DNA from: Octopus bimaculoides
Taxonomy: Eukaryota
Reading direction: 5' to 3'
Assembly (NCBI RefSeq): GCF_001194135.2
Contig: NC_068993.1
Coordinates: forward strand, 25,988,428 to 26,052,427
Length of the DNA: 64,000 nt
Positions 59,251-64,000 of the stretch are shown one piece after another (the stretch's first letter is position 1; every line of letters starts with the position of its first letter). Under the pieces are notes generated by a model. It was not told where the DNA came from. It worked only from the letters and a program-made list of their open reading frames with translations, and searched no databases. The translations under genes were made by a program, and so were the position numbers.

Positions 59251-61431
59251 ATCTATCAATCTCTCCTTCTCTCTCTCTCTCTCTCTCTGAAGCTTAATGA
59301 ATGAGAAGGGGTCCTCAGACATATTGAGAGTAGCAATGAATGGCCCAATAGAGAAAGCAAACATAAAACAATGGTATATATAATCACCATCATAATTTTA
59401 AATCTGTGTTTTCATGCTTGCATAGGTTGGTTGGTTGGTTGGTTTCTTCCTCCAGGACATTGCTGCAGTCTTTTGTCATCGTCTTCATGAGGTTCAGCAT
59501 CCTGAGATATTAGCTTTCTCTCATTCTTTTCCTGACTTTCTTCTTTTACCTCTAGCACATGTTCTTGGATCACTTTGGCATTTTCTAACTCACCTGTCAT
59601 CCTCTGTACCTATCATATTTCCATATTAATGCAGTCATCTCTCTTGTACACCACATCTGATTCCTCCTACACTCAATCTTACTCTCAGCTTGTTTCTGCT
59701 CCTTCAATCACACACAAACTGCTGTTGTTGCTGCTGCTGCTACTACCATCTTTATTTACTATTATATAGTTTTATTTTAGTTGTCTCTTTTCATCTGTTT
59801 GTAATCTGAGATAATAAAAATGACTAACTTTTCAAATAGAAACAATGTTTTTTTTTTTTATTTTATTTCCTCTTGCACTACACAAAATAATATATTCAGC
59901 AATAATGTGGAGGGGGAAAAAAGCATAACAAAAATCAACCAACTAAAAATTGTGTTAGTAGTCATCTGAAACTTGTGTATAACATTAAAATGATTATTTG
60001 TTCTTTCATTCAATGAATTATAGAATCGGCTGTTGCTAAGTAGGAGGAGAAGGGGAGAGAGGGTAAGGCCAAAACAAACACCTGCTTTTTGAAGTTTTAA
60101 TGGTTAAGGTTTTTTTTCCATTTGTTGTTCTTGTTGTTGAACCAGTGGAAAATAGAAATTACGCATTGCAACCGTTATATTTCCTTGCATGATTTTATGT
60201 AATTTTGTTACTAATTTTGAAAGTAATTTTATTTTTCATTCATATTTTAGAAATTTTACTCCAAATATGTTCTGATTAATTAAATAAATTATAAAGAGTG
60301 TAATAGATTCTAATAAGAGTTAAGCATCAGGAGTAGGGATGGGCACCACTTTTTTGCTGTCTACTTCTCAGCAGTATTGGTAAACTTTCATTTATTCTTA
60401 TTTATTTTCATATTTTCATCTAATTTTGCTATAGAATAGAATAGATACATGCATGCATACATATACATACATATACACACACACACACACACACATACAC
60501 ACACACACATATATATNNNNNNNNNNNNNNNNNNNNNNNNNNNNNNNNNNNNNNNNNNNNNNNNNNNNNNNNNNNATATATAAAGAAACACACTTATAGG
60601 TATATAATGCTTGAAATTAACATTCAGTACATGTCATGGAGATTATATATTTGTATAAACAGCTTGACAGATCTGCATTACAAACAGTTTCACAGATACA
60701 AAAAGCAGGTCTGATTATTTGATTATTATAATATATTAACACATCCAAATGATCAGGTGTGCTTCTTGCATTTGTGAAACTGCCTTTGGGAAACCATCCA
60801 AAAGAGTCTTCTGTTGCAATGGAATCATAACATGCACTAAGTTGATTGTTTACAAAGAAGTTGTTCTCACAGACCTTTAGTAAAGCTTCGGTTCTTTATG
60901 AAAAAGACAAACAGTTTCACAGATGCAAAAAGTATGTCTGACAATTTGAATGCTACAATACTATATTCTATCATCACATGATCAAACCAGATACTTGCAG
61001 CTGAGGTGTTACACCATCAACAGTGAAAAATTGGTTACGTTAAAAGAATGACAGATTATTGATTGCTGAATTGCAGGAAAATGTTCAGTAGGAGCATGAA
61101 GGCAGTGTTACAATTTAAAGAACCTAATATTCTAGTAGGTCAAAAATAGGATTAAACAACCATTTCAGAATACATAGACCCAATGGAATCAAATAATTGA
61201 CACCAAGAGATGCTAATGATGATCATCATGAATTCCTCTCCTAGTGTCACAAAATATAATAGTAAACAGAACATTTGATTTGATAACTTCTGGGATGACT
61301 TTGATTTTGCCCAACTCCAAAGAATATTGTGTTTTTAACATTATGTATCTTTAAAAAGAATTTTCCAGGCACACGACCACAGTTCCTGCCATTTAAACAA
61401 TGCAAACACACACACACACACACAAATATGT

Positions 61432-61805
61432 ATGGTGACAAAGGGGCTCTCGCTCAGAGTAAAAAGTGGACTGTATGACACATATGTGCAAACAGCCATG
61501 CTACATGGCAGTGAAACATGGGCTGTGACTGCTAAGGACATGCATAAGCTTGCAAGAAATGAATCTAGTATGCTCAACTGGATGTGTAATGTCAGTGTGC
61601 ACACAATACAGAGTATAAGCGCCTTGAGAGTAAAGTTGGACAGAAGAAGCATCAGATGTGGTGTGCAAGAGAGACGATTGCACTGGTATGGTCATGTGTT
61701 GTGTATGGATGAAGACAGCAGTGTGAAAAAGTGTCACACCCTAGCACTAGAGGGAACCTATGGAAGAGGTAGACCCAGGAAGACATGGGATGAGGTGGTG
61801 AAGCA
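61432..61805 (+). pseudogene. RTE ORF fragment (RT thumb to C-terminus), stop-free over ~124 codons
   Basis: VTKGLSLRVKSGLYDTYVQTAMLHGSETWAVTAKDM..QERRLHWYGHV..GRGRPRKTWDEVVKH; both ends truncated. Confidence 0.9.
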
Positions 61806-61861
61806 TGGATGCAATGTATATATTTCGATTTCACTTGCCTCAAAGTTAAACGATGACGATG

Positions 61862-62140
61862 ATCATCATCATCATCATCGCCATCGTTTAACTGGATGGC
61901 CTTCCTAAAACCAACCACTCCGAGTGTGTAGTGGGTGCTTTTTACATGCCACCAGTGCAAGGGCCAGTCAGGTGGTACTCGCATCAGCCATGCTTGAATG
62001 GTGCTTTTTACTTACTAACAGCATGGGGGCCAGTCTGGCTGTCAGTGACATGGATACAGTCTACTTTTTACTCGGAGCAAGAGGCCCTTTGTCACCAGCA
62101 GAGGTAGGAGCTTTCTGAACTTTGCCCAGGCTATTCTTAT
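61862..62140 (-). mobile_element. Internally deleted copy of the same RTE family (RT fragment fused to 3' UTR and tail)
   Basis: Minus strand IRIAWAKFRKLLPLLVTKGLLLRVKSRL (62140-62060) jumps to subrepeats, ggaaggccatcc and the gttaaacgatg tail. Confidence 0.8.
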
Positions 62141-62761
62141 AGCAGTACAGCATGTTGTTTCCAAATTTCTGGCAGTGTGAATTATGTCATGGTGCTGTTT
62201 TTCTCACAGACATTGCCCAACTGACGCTACTATAGTATGTAGTGGACAAAATCAAGAACATACATATTCACACTCTTTTATTCCTTCACATGTTTCAGTC
62301 ATATATACATATATATATATATGTATGTACATATATATATCTATATACATATAAGACTGCACCAGACTTCTTTGTCTATTTTAACATGATTTTTATGGCT
62401 GAATGCCCTTCCTAACACAAACCACTCCACAGAGTGAACTGGGTGTTTTTTTATGTAGCACCAGCATAGGTGAGGTAATTTAATGCTACTAGTATATATA
62501 TAGATATATATATATATGTACATATGTACGTATATACATATATATATATGTAGGTATGTATGTATGTATGTGCATATATATATATATGTACATATGTACG
62601 TATATACATATATATATATGTAGNNNNNNNNNNNNNNNNNNNNNNNNNNNNNNNNNNNNNNNNNNNNNNNNNNNNNNNNNNNNNNNNNNNNNNNNNNNNN
62701 NNNNNNNNNNNNNNNNNNNNNNNNNNNNNNNNNNNNNNNNNNNNNNNTATATATATATAAA

Positions 62762-63143
62762 TACTTTTCACCTAATTCACTCATTTTGACAGTGGCCATG
62801 CCTGGGCATCACCTTGAAGAGTTTTCTTATTCAGCAAATTGACCCAAGGACTTATTTTTAAATTCACCATTGATTTCTTTTGCCGAACCGCTAAGTTACA
62901 GGGATTTAAAGACATTAACACTAGTTGTCAAGCAGTGGTGGGGGACAAGCATACAGAAACACACACACACAACGGGCTTCTTTCAGTTTCTGCCTACTAA
63001 ATCCACACACAAAAATACTATAACCTCGGGCTGACTTTGCTTGCCCCAAGGCTATAGTAGAGGACACCCAAGTTGCTATGTAGTAGGACTGAACCCAAAA
63101 CCATGTAGTTGGGAAGCAAGCTTCTTACCACACACCCATGTCT
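62762..63143 (-). mobile_element. SINE A, decayed full-length copy (a short (GAT)n-family module also lies at ~62362-62470)
   Basis: gccgaaccgctaagttacaggg..aacgggcttctttcagtttc..gcccaaggctatagtagaggacacc..gggaagcaagcttcttaccacac. Confidence 0.85.
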
Positions 63144-64000
63144 GTGCTTATGTATATATATGAAACTATCAAAGCTTTCCAGTTTCTGCAGGCCTGGCAA
63201 AGCTGATCATTCTCCAGGCTAAAAACACATAGAAAAAGTGAACTGAACTGATTGGTGCATTTCAGCTAGGAGTGTGATGCAGAACCAGGTACAGTGTATG
63301 AAGCAACAACTCCATGTCTATTTCTGTGGTGTTCTATTCACATGATCATTCACATTTATCCCACCTCTCTGTGTCTGTCACTCTTCCCATGAGCCCACCC
63401 TGCAAAAAGAAATAATGTGTCCAGAAGGAAACATACAACCAATATACTGCCATCCCATCACAGGATTATTTGAAAACATTTATTTCTCTTGTTAAACTTA
63501 TACTTCTATTGAAATATATGACCAGACCTAGGTAAAAAGTAAAGAACTAAAGTATATAAATCAGGAATTAGGAATTAAATAATAAAGTAGTGTTATTGCA
63601 TCTTCAACTCAGCTCATCAGGAATGTAAACTTCTTTAATAACTGAGCCAATATTTAAAAAAAAAAGGTTGTTGTTGTTATTGCTACTATCATCATCATCA
63701 TTATTATTATTATTATTATTATTATAGCGGGCAAAAGAAAAAAACAGCACAACAGTGGTAGTTTGATTGTAAAGATTTCATAAGAGGAGGATATCTTAGT
63801 TGTGATATGGACAAATGCCAGACACAGGTTATTTGTGTGTATGTGTAAGTGAATATGAGAGGGGTGGGAGAGAGAAAAGGGCAGACACACACTGCTTGTA
63901 AAGATTGTAAAGATGTAAGATGGAGACAAGTCAAGTGAAGTTTGATAACTGATAGAAAGTTGAAAAAAAAAAGTTTCCAAGTAAATATATATATATGTAT

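Noticed and set aside
60617-60897. ~95-codon open minus-strand frame (EALLKVCENNFF..FPKGSFTNARS..)
   Set aside because: Largely overlaps the imperfect palindromic repeat; no donor site and no homology recognised.
62495-62623. ~60-bp exact duplication next to a gap
   Set aside because: Low-complexity (TA/TG) sequence at a contig end; probably a collapsed microsatellite or assembly artefact.
63330-63399. Strong minus-strand acceptor cattatttctttttgcag| followed by GGLMGRVTDTERWDK or WAHGKSDRHRE
   Set aside because: Several weak alternative donors and two open frames; not enough to call an exon.
15501-63625. Other CTGATGA / TCATCAG heptamers (e.g. ~15501, 16560, 18714, 33564, 42218, 54524, 63614) as hammerhead cores
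   Set aside because: None is followed by a closable stem II plus GAAA and a UH site.
11792-63980. Many 60-125 aa ORFs rich in HTHT, YIYI, CVCV, poly-I, poly-S or poly-L
   Set aside because: Translations of (CA)n, (TA)n, (GT)n, (ATT)n and (CAT)n microsatellites; no domain signal.

Overview
AT-rich, microsatellite-rich animal genomic scaffold with eight N-gaps, consistent with a short-read assembly. The SINE and LINE families look to me like those of octopus (coleoid cephalopod); this is recognition from memory, not a database result. There is no long intact host ORF, rRNA, tRNA gene or CRISPR array. The window is intronic or intergenic DNA built mostly from decayed transposons. DNA transposons: two full-length mariner copies with TIRs, one Tc1, three copies of a piggyBac-type TTAA MITE, a ~610-bp TGT..ACA foldback and a Helitron/Helentron-like element. 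Retroelements: a Penelope-like RT remnant, an L1/Tx1 remnant, at least three RTE-type LINE lineages and two abundant tRNA-headed SINE families. A few short splice-site-bounded open frames may be exons of a large-intron host gene, but I cannot identify the gene or even fix its strand. The most interesting signals are a hammerhead-ribozyme core with a palindromic stem III at ~42.0 kb, an RTE lineage carrying a PHD-like Cys/His module inside its RT and a modular 3' end, the foldback, and recurrent tail-to-tail inverted retroelement pairs. Coordinates of decayed repeats are approximate (about +/-10-30 bp).
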